The position numbers and the translations under genes are program-made. From Macrostomum lignano (lineage: Eukaryota): a DNA stretch of 64,000 nucleotides. This document shows, one piece after another, positions 25,238-37,934 of the stretch; position 1 is the stretch's first letter, and every line of letters begins with the position of its first letter. The notes under the pieces are model-generated. The model made no database searches. It saw only the letters and a list, made by a program, of their open reading frames with translations, and had not been told where the DNA came from. The stretch spans positions 248,001 through 312,000 of the forward strand of contig NIVC01001283.1 of the NCBI GenBank assembly GCA_002269645.1. The letters are read 5' to 3'.

Positions 25238-27584
25238 TCAGCGTTCAGTCGCCTCAGCTTTCTCTGCACTGGTACAAGTGCAGTCCCTCTTCCGCTTTTT
25301 CTCTTCTGCACTAGAACTGTTGTACCAATGGTGCAGCCTCAGATTGGTGTACAGCGTTGCTAAACCAATAGTACAGCGTTCGTTGTGCTCAACATAATGA
25401 GTTCGTATGAGACTTCGAGCTGAACTGAGAAACAAAGCTCTAACACTGGCGCCAACACGCGGCTCGTGGAATTTATCTGACGGGTACATGAACATACCTT
25501 TCACGGTTTGCTGGGAATCGACGAAATCTCGTTTGTGCAGGAAATTTGTTTGCGTAGTTCTGGCAGCTATATGCAGCACATTCTTGATGCTGTCATAATG
25601 TTACAGTTGTCTCTGTTGGTGCCTTCTTTGCTGCTAATCACTGCCTTATTCATGTCAGTAGCAGCAGCAGCGGCCACAGAATATACAGTATATATATAAG
25701 ACTGCAGTCTCAGTCGTCTATGGCACAACCTCTCCAAGCCGCATACGCGTAAGTATAAGTGACTATCTTTCTTCACCACAAAAGGAGCTAAATATCCAAA
25801 TACTTTTTGCGGCAGATTTTTCTGTGAGAGGGCTGATCGGGCATTCTGTCTATATTCTGTGGCTGTGACATACCTTTCAGAGGGGGACGAAAACGAAAAA
25901 CCGAGACGAGAACGAGTTTGTCTATGCCAGTCACGAGCCAATAGGAAGGAACGGGGAGAAAGGATGCTACAGCCAAAAATGTACAAGTATAACAAAGCTT
26001 GTAGCTATTCACTTTATCTTCTATGGTACAAGTGTCTACGTCCCCGAGGAGGCAGAGAAAGCTTCTGGAAGCAAAAAATACTCAATACATGTTCTTCCAC
26101 GCTGGCTTTTTACATTCGCTTATTCGCCGAAGATGCCTCTCTCTGCAAGTGAGAAAACGCTTCTGTTAGAGAAGATACGCGAAGTCAAAAGAACACTATT
26201 TGGTCGCTGTAGTTGACGTCCCAGATGAAATTCACACGCTCTTTGAATGTGCGCCGGCGCTTGGGTTCGACGGAACCGTCACTCTCCTCGTCAGACGAGT
26301 CAAATAACATACTACTTATCTAAGCGTACTAATAATCGAAGTCAAAAAGATTCAAAAGAACTCGCGTTTAGTGAGTGAGGTTAGATGAATGTGTGCTTTG
26401 AAAACAAATTTACAAGCTTGAGAAAAAGAAGACGACTCTTCAACTTGTCAGCCACTACACGTGGTGGGGCTCGTAGCCATAGACACTATATGAAACAAAA
26501 CGCTTGTAGCACGAACTTGTAACTATCCTGTAGTTTGTAGGAACTTGTAGCTTTGTTAAAGTTTATGAAACGAAATTCACGTGTAACATGTCACTAGTCG
26601 CACTAGTAGCCACTACAAGTCGTATATGAAACAACCCCCTGGTAACTGATAGGCTACCAGTGATTTTTTACCACTGGTTATTAACCAGTGCTTCGTAAAA
26701 TTGGCCCCTGGTGGTTAGACAATAAAAAGAAACGCTTTCTGTTTGTGGGATGATTTTCACAGACAGTGCTACGATCCGACTTCCGTTCTGGTTGACCTTC
26801 GCAGGTGCAGTTGCAAGAATTTTGCTCTAAGAAGAACACTGACAATAGTCGCAGAACGACTGGCTTAGCACTAAATGGATTTTCAACATAACTTTGGGCA
26901 CTGTTCGAGCAGTTTTGTTAGAATTGTCATGCTCGGTGATTGACCGAGCATATACGGGCATCGATAGCGGATAGTCAGTTCCAGGTTGGTAAAGAACTTC
27001 ATGCGCCTGAGCCGGGCACTTAGCAGCACCTGCTCAACTGAAATAAAGTAATTTCCGCCACTCATTTGACGGTCCACACCGAATTCGCCTTCCAAAGGAT
27101 CTGCGCGGAATGTAGAGAGCAGTACATACTCCAAGATTATGTACAGGAGTATGTACTCCAAGAGTATGTACTACTCCAAGCCTCCAAGAGCTTGCAGCAC
27201 ATTTCAACAATTCAGAAAGGCTATTACATAGTGCAGTCTTTGTCTCAGCAGTAAAGCGCTGGTGACGACCTCTACCACCGCCACGCTCAGAAACGGCCTC
27301 TGCAAAAGCACGCAAGAAAAAGAGACGTTCATCAGAGACAGACGATACTGCTTTCGATTAGGATCATTTAGCTTTACATGCAAGTGGGGATTGCTGCAGT
27401 TTACTGTCTTCCAGAACTTCAAAATACATCGAACAAATTTGCAGTATCGAAAAGCCACCTTGTCGTCGAATACCTTAGAGCTAGGGAGACGTATGTCTTC
27501 TGGATTCCATTCGGGTAGCACGCTCAATGAATTAGATTTTTCCGTCGGACAACGTTGTCCCCTCAGCCTTGAAAACCTGTACAA
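25238..27584 (-). pseudogene. P-element/THAP9-like transposase remnant, interrupted
   Basis: SKVFDDKV..FWKTVN..KLNDPNR; FRADPLEGEFGVDRQMSGGNYFISVEQVL; C-terminal YPSDKF..RLHHW in colinear order. Confidence 0.75.
26060..26640 (-). mobile_element. Harbinger end with degenerate HARBI1-like N-terminus
   Basis: MLFDSSDEES..KRRRTFKERVN; terminal sequence GGGGGTTGTTTCATATACGACTTGTAG (reverse complement, about 26613-26640). Confidence 0.5.
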
Positions 27585-27796
27585 TGTGGCTGTTGCGATG
27601 TATTTAAATCAATACGATATATTTCTTGGGTATACCATAGACAACAATACAACAGTGGACCCAGTGTCACTTCCAGGTATGCGAATTATGGTGCTGTATC
27701 GCTGTTACTTTGGTTCAATTGAACTAAATTCGTTTTAAAAAAACGTTTTACTGCTTTCTCATTCCGATTTAAAAAATTCTGTATACGAGTAGAGGT

Positions 27797-30700
27797 TGTA
27801 GCGAGTGAATCAAAACGCAGTGGAATTTATTTTGTGGAAGTGAGATAGAACGGTTGTAAATCCTTGACGGGCTCTAACTTCGGCTTTATTCGATTTTAGA
27901 GACAGTAACGAGAACAGCTTAAGAATATTGTCTATGGCCAAAAGAGGCTTGCTGCTAGCTGATTAATGCTTCTCACTGCTACAAGATACTCCCCCTCCTA
28001 GAGGAAGTACATCACTATGCATTAGATAATCCGAGACAAAATTTCGAACAGCGCAGGGGAACGAGTAGGTAAGCAATGCAGAGGTCATATGTGTTGTGTC
28101 TTCTGTTTTTTTAATGAAAAATCAAATGAGCAAATCTGGAACTTAAAATGTTAAATTAACCAGCCGATCTTCGACTCTTGTCTTATTATTTATTTCTGCA
28201 AGCCTAGCTTGCTCTTGTTACGCGTAAATCACTAAAGCGTACGGTGCGCTGGGAAGCAAATCATTTTGTTTATAGTTCGGCTTGGCTTATAGCCACAGCA
28301 ATAGGTTGATCAGTTTATGAACACTGTCGGGTATTGCTAGGTGGACTGTCCTTCTATAAGATTTGCACGGAGGTCTCGCTCTTGAATAGCACGCGATTTT
28401 CGCTGCGCGACCTTGTGTTAGAGGCGGGCGCGTCGCTTGGCTTGGCCGGTGTAGCTGCTGGCTGCTCTTGTTGGGCTGTTGGTAGGGTGGCGGGCTTGAC
28501 ACGATCGATCGACACTAACGGTAGGCTTGCCGTTGATCTTGAGTGTCATTTTGGTGTCTTGCCTGTCCAGTACCGCGTACGGGCCTTGGTAAGGAGCCTC
28601 CAGGGGCCGTCGCACACGGTCCAACCGCAACCAGGCGTGTGTGCACGAACTCAGCGCGGCTGGCTCTCTCGCTTTGGCTCTCTCCCGAGATCTCTCGCGT
28701 TCTCGGCTGCCGGTATGGGAAGAAAAGCTGATGTAGCTCGTAGACTAGTCGAGAGCTCCTTGAGCCCAGAAGTGTCGGTGACGACTGGTGGGACCAACGG
28801 TTGCTCACCCATAACAACGGAGAACGGAGAGGCACCTGACTCATCTGGGAAAATGCGCATGCCCAGGAGCACGACGGGCAGCTACTGCAGCCAGTTCTTG
28901 CCGCGCGCCTTCAAACCGACCTTTAGCGTCCGGTGTGCACTTTCGATGATACCGTTAGCTCTCGGATTATAGGCTGAAGTGCGGATGTGGTGGATGCCGA
29001 GTAGATCCTTCAAGTTCTTCATGAGCTCCGCTCAGAATTGGGATCCCTGGTCACTGATCAGCGTCAAAGGTGGGCCGAACCGAGAAATCCAGGTGTCCAG
29101 GATGGCTTGTGCGACTGATGTGGCGGCAATGTTCGAAAGCGGTGCTGCTTCGAACCAGCGTGAGTAGGCATCGATAATGGTGAGTAGGTAGCGAGGCTTC
29201 GGCCCGGGATCTTCAGACTCAGGAGGCGGTAACGGTCCGACCAGGTCAATGTGTACCGTCGTGAATCTCCGTCTTCTCGATGTCCTCGTTTGCCATTGGA
29301 ACGAAGTGATAGGCCTTGACGACGTCAAGGGTGCTGAAAACTTTTGCACCGTGCAGCTGATGATGTAAATGGTTGATGTTAGGGATAGGGTAGCGGTCTG
29401 GCTCGGTTTCCGCGTTTAAGGCTCGATAGTCTCCGAAAGGTCTCCAGGAGCCGTCCTTTTTCTTTACTGTGTGAAACGGGGAGCCCCACGGACTGGCGGA
29501 GGGGCGGACGATGCCAAGTCGCAGGAGCTTGTCGAATTCCACTTTTGCAACCGCGAACTTGGCAGGGGCAAGCGGTCGCGGTCGACAAAAAATGGGCTCG
29601 CCAGTGGTCTCAATACGATGTCGAACCGACGTGGCGGATGCTGCAGTGTAGTCCGGAGCTTCCAGAACTCGAGGGAACCAAGCAAGCGGTGTGGTGGGCT
29701 CAAGCAGCGTGGTGGTGTTGATTTGAGGGACTGAATCACTAGAAGAACAGAGAGTCGAACGCAAAGATGTCGAACGCGCAGTACTAGTAACAATGAACGT
29801 CACAGGGTATGGTCTACGAAGGCCGGGGATAGCAAGTGTGACACAACATTGGCCGAAGCAGCAGCGTGGTGGCCTTTGACGGGTCGCGGCTCGGCCGAGG
29901 CACGTGACCAACTAGTTTGACACCTGGCTTGGCGTTGGGCTAGACGCCCGGGACTGAGCCGGAGTGGGCTAGTGGGCTGATGGCTCTCCAAAAATTTCGG
30001 CGGTTTCGAGCCTGGCCACTGGCACCATGGTCGGCAGGTGCGAGCATCGGTGGCGTAGTAGAGATGACCGTTGCAGATCTTGGGTCGTCGGCGTGAGTTC
30101 CGGTTGGAGCGCGAGTCGTCGGGCTTCCTGCTACGAAAAGAACCAGCGTTGCCTCTCGGGTGCTCTTGGCCGGTGGCCGAGGTGCGGTTTACAGAGGCGT
30201 ACGGGGTGGCACAACCGGCGACACAAGCCAGCATGCTGTCGGCGATCTTCGCAAACGCGTCCAGCTCCGCCTTTTCGTGACCGACCAAGGCGGAACGGAT
30301 GTGGGCCAGGTGGGCAGTGCAGTTAGGAGTCGAGACTTGATAATGCTGTCATCGACTTGTAAGCCTACTTCGCTGAATCGCCGCTTGATGTCGGTTACCA
30401 ACTGAGATGGGCGGCGATCCCCGAGCTCCACCGCGGCGAGGGCCTCCTCGATTCGTTGGTGTCGGTTGGTGCGCAAAGCTTCTAGCACCGATGTTTTAAG
30501 CGAGGCGTAGTCCTCTGTGCCTAGGTCGATCGAGCAGGCAACGTCCTCAGGCAGGGCCGCTAACGTATGATGGAACTTGGTCGCAGCGCGGGTGATTCCA
30601 GCCAGAGTAAACTGCGATTCCAGTTGCCGGAACCAGATCTCAGGCGACTTCCGGTAGAAGGCGGGAGGTTTGATAGCGATGCATTGCACGAAGGCCTCTT

Positions 30701-30953
30701 GTACTGGTTTCGCCAGGGCTCCAGCTTCGGGCGCTAACGGCTGCTGCTGTTCGTCCTCCATACCAAACGCTCTGCTACCACTTTGTAGCGAGTAAATCAA
30801 AACGCAGTGGAATTTATTTTGTGGAAGTGAGATAGTGCGGTTGTAAACCCTTGACGGGCTCTAACTTTGGCTTTATTCGATTTTAGAGACAGTAACGAGA
30901 ACAGCTTAAGAATATTGTCTATGGCCAAAAGAGGCTCGCTGCTAGCTGATTAA
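27797..30953 (-). mobile_element. Ty3/Gypsy LTR retrotransposon, internally deleted
   Basis: LTRs 27797-27983 (TG..CA) and 30784-30953 (truncated, about 6 mismatches); PBS TGGTAGCAGAGC (tRNA-iMet) at 30769-30780; PPT AGGAGGGGGAG; RT SPWGSP..KKKDGSWRPFGDYRALN truncated before YXDD; integrase HIDLVGP..IDAYSRW..SDQGSQF..NGIIE with stops. Confidence 0.92.
30189..30761 (-). CDS. Gypsy gag protein
   Basis: IKPPAFYRKSPEIWFRQLESQF..TKFHH; follows the PBS. Confidence 0.8.
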   Translation of the reverse strand: MEDEQQQPLAPEAGALAKPVQEAFVQCIAIKPPAFYRKSPEIWFRQLESQFTLAGITRAATKFHHTLAALPEDVACSIDLGTEDYASLKTSVLEALRTNRHQRIEEALAAVELGDRRPSQLVTDIKRRFSEVGLQVDDSIIKSRLLTALPTWPTSVPPWSVTKRRSWTRLRRSPTACWLVSPVVPPRTPL

Positions 30954-31080
30954 GGTCTCCATCTATTTGTTTGTTTATTTACGAATATGTGATAAGCATT
31001 AAATAAGAAAAGCTCAACAATTAAACAATTAACCTTAAAAATTGACATTGAATGTTTTTTGACAACGACATCCAGTGTTT

Positions 31081-31905
31081 TCATGTTCTTTGTCTCAACT
31101 TCCAGTCGAGCCTTCCAATAGCCAGTCGCTCACGCTCGATAGCCAGCCGGTCTTTCGCTACCTCCAGGCGTTCCCTTTCCACCTGCTGTCTCTGTTCTTC
31201 ACATTTACAGATGCCTTCCGTGTCGTTCATCACGGCGCACTCAATTTTGTCCCGATCTTCGGAGACGTCCACGATCCACAGGCCTGGCTAGTCTCGTGCG
31301 GGGTTCGCTCAGAGCTGAGCCTTTGGCATCATCAGTGCCAATGGGCCAGACAATTCATTAAATGGGCTCGAGCACCGATCCGAGGAATCAGTCTGTCTGC
31401 ATTGGATCTTGTCCGCCGGAAACTCTGATGATACTTTACAATGCTATCATTACAGCGGTATTCTGCTCAAAAGAAGTAAGAACAGCTGCAGTTGGATCAG
31501 CTGCCTCCTGTGGCCTGCTTGTCCTGCCGTTGCGACTGCATCTTCGCTGTGACTTCGGACTCTCACACAATCACAATCACTTCTTGCGGCATTCTTCACC
31601 CGTCCGCTTATTGGTACCAATGGCGTTGATGCGAGCTGCGATAGTCTCCCAAACTGCTTTCTTCTTCCTTTGCATCTCGACTATCGGATGCATCCTTTGC
31701 ATCTCTACTATCGGATGCATCCTTTGCATCTCGACTCTCGACTATTTGCAGATAGTCGAGATGCAAGAAGAAAGGAAGCTTTCTTTTTCCTTTGCGTCTC
31801 GACTATCTGATCCTTGGAATTGATAGTATCTAGGTACTTGTTGACGTAATTCAACAACTCTTCCTTTTCTCCAAGCACGAAGTTGGGTTGACGCTTGGTT
31901 GCCAT
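31081..31905 (-). pseudogene. Degenerate Harbinger Myb/SANT gene
   Basis: KRQPNF..EKEELL..KKKAVWETIAARINAIG..RTGEECRKK plus C-terminal coiled coil; its element appears to truncate the LTR at TAA (30951-30953). Confidence 0.7.
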
Positions 31906-32389
31906 GATCTTAGCTCATTTCTTCTTCGCTTTTTGTCTATGGTTCAACCCAACCCATATACTCTGTTAAAATTATGGCCCATCGGCAAACCTTCTAAATT
32001 TCTTCTCTCTCCCAAACAGAGCTCTTGCCTCTTCGCTTTTTTGTCAATGCTTTAATCCACCACTTTTTCTCTCCTGTAATAATGGCCACGGAATAATCTT
32101 GGCTAAAATAATCCCCATTGTACATATACTTACACAAGCAAACAATTGAAACAATTTTCGGTCATTATTCCACAGTTTTTTAGTACACCATAGACATTTG
32201 GATGCAAAACATTCATCGCAGAGTACTTTTGTCAATAAATACAGAACAACAAGAAGAAAATAAACAAAAGGAAAAAAATCAATCAAACTAAAGTACCAGC
32301 TACACATAAGAGTTCATGATAAATGTCACAGTGCAGTTCATAAGTTTGTAGTCAAGATTTAAAGATACGATAATCAATATCTCACCCAA

Positions 32390-33734
32390 AGTGAACGTAC
32401 AGTTCTCAAAGCGGCAGTTCCCAGAGATGCTGGACACTTTAGCCCAATGATTTAGCACTGTAAAAAGGAGTTGATCCATGTTGAATGTTTTTATAAAAGG
32501 GAAATATAGGTGCTCAATTATAATTTCAAAACTTATAATTTAAAAGATAAAAGCCTGATGAGCTTTCTTTGGTACCGGTATCCAAGCTCGGAATCTTTGG
32601 GACTGTCGGCTGCTTGACTGAATCTATTGATCACTTAATAAGCACTTAATAAGCGCTGTTTGACGAAATACACCAGCCATAGTTGCTTGACAGGACAAGT
32701 AGCTTCTACAAACGTTTTTTAATTAAAAGCAGTGTCGTTTTAGAAAGCGTGGTTGTCGGAATTGAATGCACATTGTCAAAAATTAGCTTTTAGGATAACG
32801 CTGCGTTATTTTTCAACAGAGACAACAAATGCGAACAAGAAAGAGAAAAGGCAATGATATATTAACGGTGAGAATTAATCACAATAAGTAGTACGGCACA
32901 ATTGTCCCAGTACCATCCTCCATTACAGTTGGCAATTGTTCGTTATGAAGATACTCCAGCAGTTCATTTGCCGACCGTCAGTCGCATTCACCGCACGGCG
33001 GCATGTCGGCAGGCTTTGTAAACGATTTTTTTCAACTTTGGACCATAGACTATGGTCAAATAACAGGGTTTATATTTAGTAAAACTAGTGATACAATATA
33101 ATACACGTTTAAGCATATTTGTTAATTATGCACGAAAACACAAAAATGGCATTCTTTGAGAAATTTGCAAAAGGTACGTTTGAAAGCAGTACAGTACAAT
33201 ACAGAATAGAACAGTAAGTTTTGATGTATTTTAAGCTCAGTATTCTTAATTCCTAAGCATCTTCCTAACAAAGCAGACGATCTATTACTAGCGACTGTAG
33301 GCCTAATTGCTTAAGTTGAACGTGCAATTTGAGAAGTGGCAGCCTGAGAAGACACTGGAAACATTTTGTTTACTTAGCGAAAAAGGTTTCGGAGATCGAT
33401 AATGATCAGTTGTCGCGAGTGGCGTGACAAACACGTCACCGTAGGAGAACATTTGGTCTTTGGTTGTGCACGGTGGCGAATCCAACTCGGCCTTATCCAT
33501 GCTGTCCGTAGCAATTAAATCTTTTCCTTCTTCGAAGTCCGGTGGAACGACACCAAGCAGCTGCTCTTTAGATCGCGAATGATCGGTAATGAAGTGGATG
33601 AAATCCTCCAGTTGGGCATCTTCTCTGTGATCAGCACTGCTAAGCTCCGCAAGGAAAGAATATTCGCTGGATGTAACGCCGTCGAGACTATCAGCTGGCA
33701 GATGGTACCAGTTGATAAGGTGTGAAGCAGACAT
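32390..33734 (-). pseudogene. Crypton-derived remnants (N-terminal ELSSADH..DFI region; C-terminal FSNCTF / FENCTF motifs)
   Basis: 33303-33734 and about 32390-32470 are homologous to 39934-40683. Confidence 0.6.
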
Positions 33735-34211
33735 TGCTTATAAGTATTGCAGTCGTCGAATTCTCTGCTCAATCCTATTAACTTAGTTTTAGTCTAACAC
33801 TACCCACTTCGTTTTCTGGGTAAAACTTTAATTGTCTATGGCATTATCTGAGTCCAACTTTAACGTCTATGGCTCACATCATAATCCAAGTTTAAACATG
33901 CATTATCAAACATTTGATAATGACAGATTATATAACATACTTTTACTGCGAAATCATGAGACAATAATATTATATAAAATACGATTGCTTATTTAATCGT
34001 TAAAATATTGTTTATTCAGAGCTGGGAATGTGTTGTCTGTGGTAATTTTTAACAAAAACTAAGATATTATATCATATAATCTCCTTGAAATCAGGAGCAA
34101 TCGAATTTAATATATGATAAACGCCGTTTAATTCATCATAGTCTATGGTTAGAATATCCTCGGCTGCAATCAATGGTCCTCGGCTCGCTACGCTCGCCTC
34201 GAGACCATTAA

Positions 34212-36623
34212 CCCCGCCAACACTGATGGCACGCCAGGCGTGCCATGGGTCTCATTTAACCATACACTGAGAATACGTGTCTATGGCCCAGATGGTTTAG
34301 CATAAATATGACTTTTCGATATCCCCATAAGTCACGGATGGCATGCTGTGCGTACCATGTTATTTTTTCGCATTTTTTAAACTATATTTGACTGCAAGTA
34401 CAGGATAGATAACAAAAACTTTAAAAACGGACAACAACAGAACAAAAAACAATTAGGTAAACAATATTTAAAACATCGATGAGGCATTTAGGAGGAGCGT
34501 TTTGAATTTCGTATTCTGAACGTAATTAAGTTTTGCACCGTACCACCAGTGCAACTGCTGTGCTGCTGCAGTGTGCCAATTCTGAAAGCATGGGACAGCA
34601 CACAGCCCGGGCTCTCCTGGGCAACCAGCGCATACGAACACCGTTCTTTTGGCCACACCATTGCTGTAGCAGACTCTGCATCGCTTTGTCGGCCTCGCAT
34701 TGGCATCTGTCGGCGGCAGCTTCGATGGCGCGTGCTGTCGTGCTGTGAGATGGCCTTGCGCTTCGATGTATTCAGACGTTTGCCCCGGCCTGTCTGCTCC
34801 ATGAGAGTACGGATCGCAGCTTCCAAAAATTCAACGAATTTGATATCGCTTCCTCCTTGGCAGTTGCAGATCCAGGCATTGCGGACCAACTGCAGCAAAA
34901 TGTGGAACCCGAGCTTCTGGTGCCATCTGTAGGTTCTTCTCCCCGCACTGTAAGGCTGCAGTGCTGCATCAAGGCGATCAACGCCTCCCATGTACTTATT
35001 GTACTGCAGCACCGAATTCGGTTTTAAAACTGACTCCTCCGCTCCGCCTCGGATCACTCGCCTCACTTCCGTGCTTTCAGCAACACCGTGCGTGTCCAAC
35101 AAGTACACAGTTTTGCGACCGCTTGCCTTCCTGCCTACCAGCTTGACTGCGAGAACATCGCCGCGGCGCATCTGGGAGTGACTGACGGGTTGTAGGGGCA
35201 GCAATTTCAGCTCATTCGGCACACCTCGATTGAGCCTCACCGTCCCAGTCAGTAAAGTACTGCGTTCCAGCAGAAACTGCGCCAGACGGAGCGATGTGAA
35301 CCAGCTGTCACAGAAGACCTTGTACCCTAGGTCCAGCAAATTTTTACTTAATTCAACGACGATCTTCTCGCTCATCGATAAATTACCGCAGTTTAATCCA
35401 TCTCCAAACTTGTCGTTATCCTGCTTAGCAGCATGTACATGAAAGTTCCACAGAAAACCTGTCGAAGCTTCCGTCAAGCAGTAGACCTTGATGCCGAATC
35501 TGGCACGCTTGTTGGGCATGAACTGCCGGAAAATGAGCCTGCCCTTGTACATGACCAGTTCTTCATCGACAGACACCTCTTGACGTGGGCTGTAATTTGC
35601 TTGGCAAATATCGCGGGCAATGTTAAGAAAAGGTCGAATCTTTTTCAAGGAGTCCTGTTGGTTGTCGGTGGTGCAGTCGTAAAATCGAAGGAATGATAAT
35701 ATCTGCACAAACCGATCCCTTCCAAGGCAATGTTCTTTCTGGAAGTATTCGCCGCCGTAGAAGTCTCCCGTGGACCAGTACATGTGCATTTCGGGCTTCT
35801 TCACAAGACCCATGTACAGGATGATTGCTAGTGACTTCTTCACCTCATTGTCGGTACACGGTCTCCAAGTTGATAGCAAATTGGGAAGAGCTCCGTCCTG
35901 ATCTTCAGCTGTCAAATGTTGAAGCTCCATGTCAGCTCGGGCGTTGGTCCAGATGCGAATGGCAGACACCAGATCAGCGGTGAGAAAGTGCTGCAGATAG
36001 AATTGCACCTGGGCCATTTTACCTTCAGGAGCTTGTGCTTGGATGTCTGGGTTCAGGCCAGGCACAGCGAGGAATTCGGGCAGATCGCTGAGACGCGAAT
36101 CTTCACCATCTTGAGCAGTTGTCCATTCATTCTCGTTGGCGAACTCGACTCCATGCTCAGCTACTTCACCATTACTCTCACCATCTTCCTCGTCCAGCAA
36201 CTCTTCATCGACACTCGTATATTCGCTGTCGCTGCCGTCGCTGGTGAAAACAGAACCTTCCATAATTGCAATTGCAGCATCATCAATGTTGTTAGCCATG
36301 ATTTTGAGTCTCGCGTAAGTTTAATTAATTATACAGTAAAGTTGCACAAATTTGTGGTATCAGTAAAAATTTACTGCATGATTCTGGACTGTTTTTACCA
36401 TAGACAGTTTTAAAATAAACTGTAGTATCAGTCAAGCGCAAATTTTAGGACAGTTGGAACTCAATAGTTAAGTAAGCCAGTCAGTAGTCTATGGGAATTT
36501 CTTGAGCCGTAAATTGACACAGTGCTCTGTGGCAGTGGGAAAGAGATTGAAGCCCCATGGTACGCGTGGCATGCCATCCGTCAATAGTGACTGTGTGCGG
36601 AAAAAAGCTCAGTGCGCTACTGG
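34212..36623 (-). mobile_element. piggyBac transposon, near full length
   Basis: TTAA at 34208-11 and 36624-27; CC..GG termini; subterminal inverted GATGGCA.GCCA.GCGT.CCATGGG. Confidence 0.9.
34488..36299 (-). pseudogene. piggyBac transposase with one frameshift before the Cys-rich domain
   Basis: VSVDEEL, FCDSWFTS, GGVDRLD catalytic segments; CRD (KRCRVC..CAGCPGEPGLCAVPCF) lies in another frame after about 34725. Confidence 0.9.
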
Positions 36624-37239
36624 TTAAACGCAGCCTCGGACACTCTAACCACAGAATTTGAATTAAACGGCGTTTATTATTTACATAAATTCAGAGGTAG
36701 ATAATGCTAAGTTTGATAATTTTTTGTCTATGTCTCGCCATGCTATACGTGTTGCTCAATGGCGTTGCTTAACAATCAGGCATACGACAGGCCATACAAC
36801 AATGCGAGTGTCCACACGGTTCTACCATTGACAATCTACCATTGTCGCAAACTTTCATTTCGACGCAATACCAATTTCAAAACGTTGTTGTTTAACACTT
36901 TTTTTACGATTTTCATAGACAACGAATCGAATAGGAGCAAGTTCATAACAAGCGTATTTATGTAACAGTTTAACAGCATGGAGAAATGAATCCTTCATGC
37001 TTAACAGTAGCACTACTACGAGCAGTAGTCATATCGGAAAAGACAACATATAAGCCCTCAGCCCGTTACTGACGCCAGCACAGATCCAAATTGTTAGTTG
37101 TTTAAGGTAAACGTGCAGTTTTCGAAATGGCAATTTTCAAACATTCGTAAAACTTGAGCTTGGATATTTCTAACAGAAAAATGAAAAATCTATCAAAAAA
37201 ACACTGGAGGTACATCTCGAAAGTCCTAAAGTTGCGGTT

Positions 37240-37640
37240 TACGAGGGCTATCCCAAAAATAAGTTTCGCTATACCATAAAAGACCAACTAGTAAATCCAC
37301 AATAAAAAAAAACTTTGCTACCGCAAAATGAACTCATATTTACTCTACAAGGTCAACGCATTTCTGCCAGCGGCGCAGCCACGCCTCGAAGGCAGGGCTG
37401 CAACCGCCAATGGCCAGATGCCGGATAGCTGATGAAGCACTATTTATTAATTCCACCGTTGAAACGTTGAAACGGCAAAACGTTGACCACGAAGACTCTC
37501 CTTTATCCTTGGAAAACGTAGAAGACCGCCGGAGCCAAGTCAGGCGAATAGCGTGGCTGAGACAGAAATTCCAAGCCCCAGAACTCCAGAGCTCTTCCAC
37601 TCTTCTTACCTGCTGAAAGATGCACGTCTTGACTCTGAGT
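37240..37640 (-). mobile_element. mariner 3' end fragment
   Basis: PRYSPDLAP and RRWQKCVDL segments; TA-CGAGGG terminus at about 37240. Confidence 0.7.
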
Positions 37641-37642
37641 GT

Positions 37643-37900
37643 TCAAGGCTTCTGTTTTGCACACGATGGCTGACCTTCTTTCCCGATTGGTTGCTTTAAG
37701 GTAGCGCTTATTGCTGTCGATGTTTGACAAACAGCGCAATCACTTTTTCTTGAGAGGTACCGTCGAACAGTCCGTTCCGTCTTTTGGCCAGTAACACACA
37801 TGATCCTGCTGAGATCGTGACCTGTTTGATTCGTATAGTCACGTGACAAATTTAACTTCTTACTAAGACGTTTCATCATATTGTTCAGCCGGTTAATTCC
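37643..37900 (-). pseudogene. Crypton recombinase C-terminal fragment
   Basis: MMKRLSKKLNLSRDYTN..IMCVTGQKTERTVRRY. Confidence 0.65.
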
Positions 37901-37934
37901 GCAAACCTGCTGAGAAGAAAAGCGCAATTCTTCT

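Larger units (their letters stand above)
34115..36679. mobile_element. About 150-bp palindromic element split by the piggyBac insertion
   Basis: Arms ATAAACGCCGTTTAATTCA..TGGTTAGA..GGCTGC..AATGGTC at 34115-34180 pair with 34201-34209 plus 36628-36679. Confidence 0.7.

Noticed and set aside
37427-37475. CTGATGA...GAAAC hammerhead-like spacing
   Set aside because: No stem II pairing; it is the antisense strand of mariner coding sequence.
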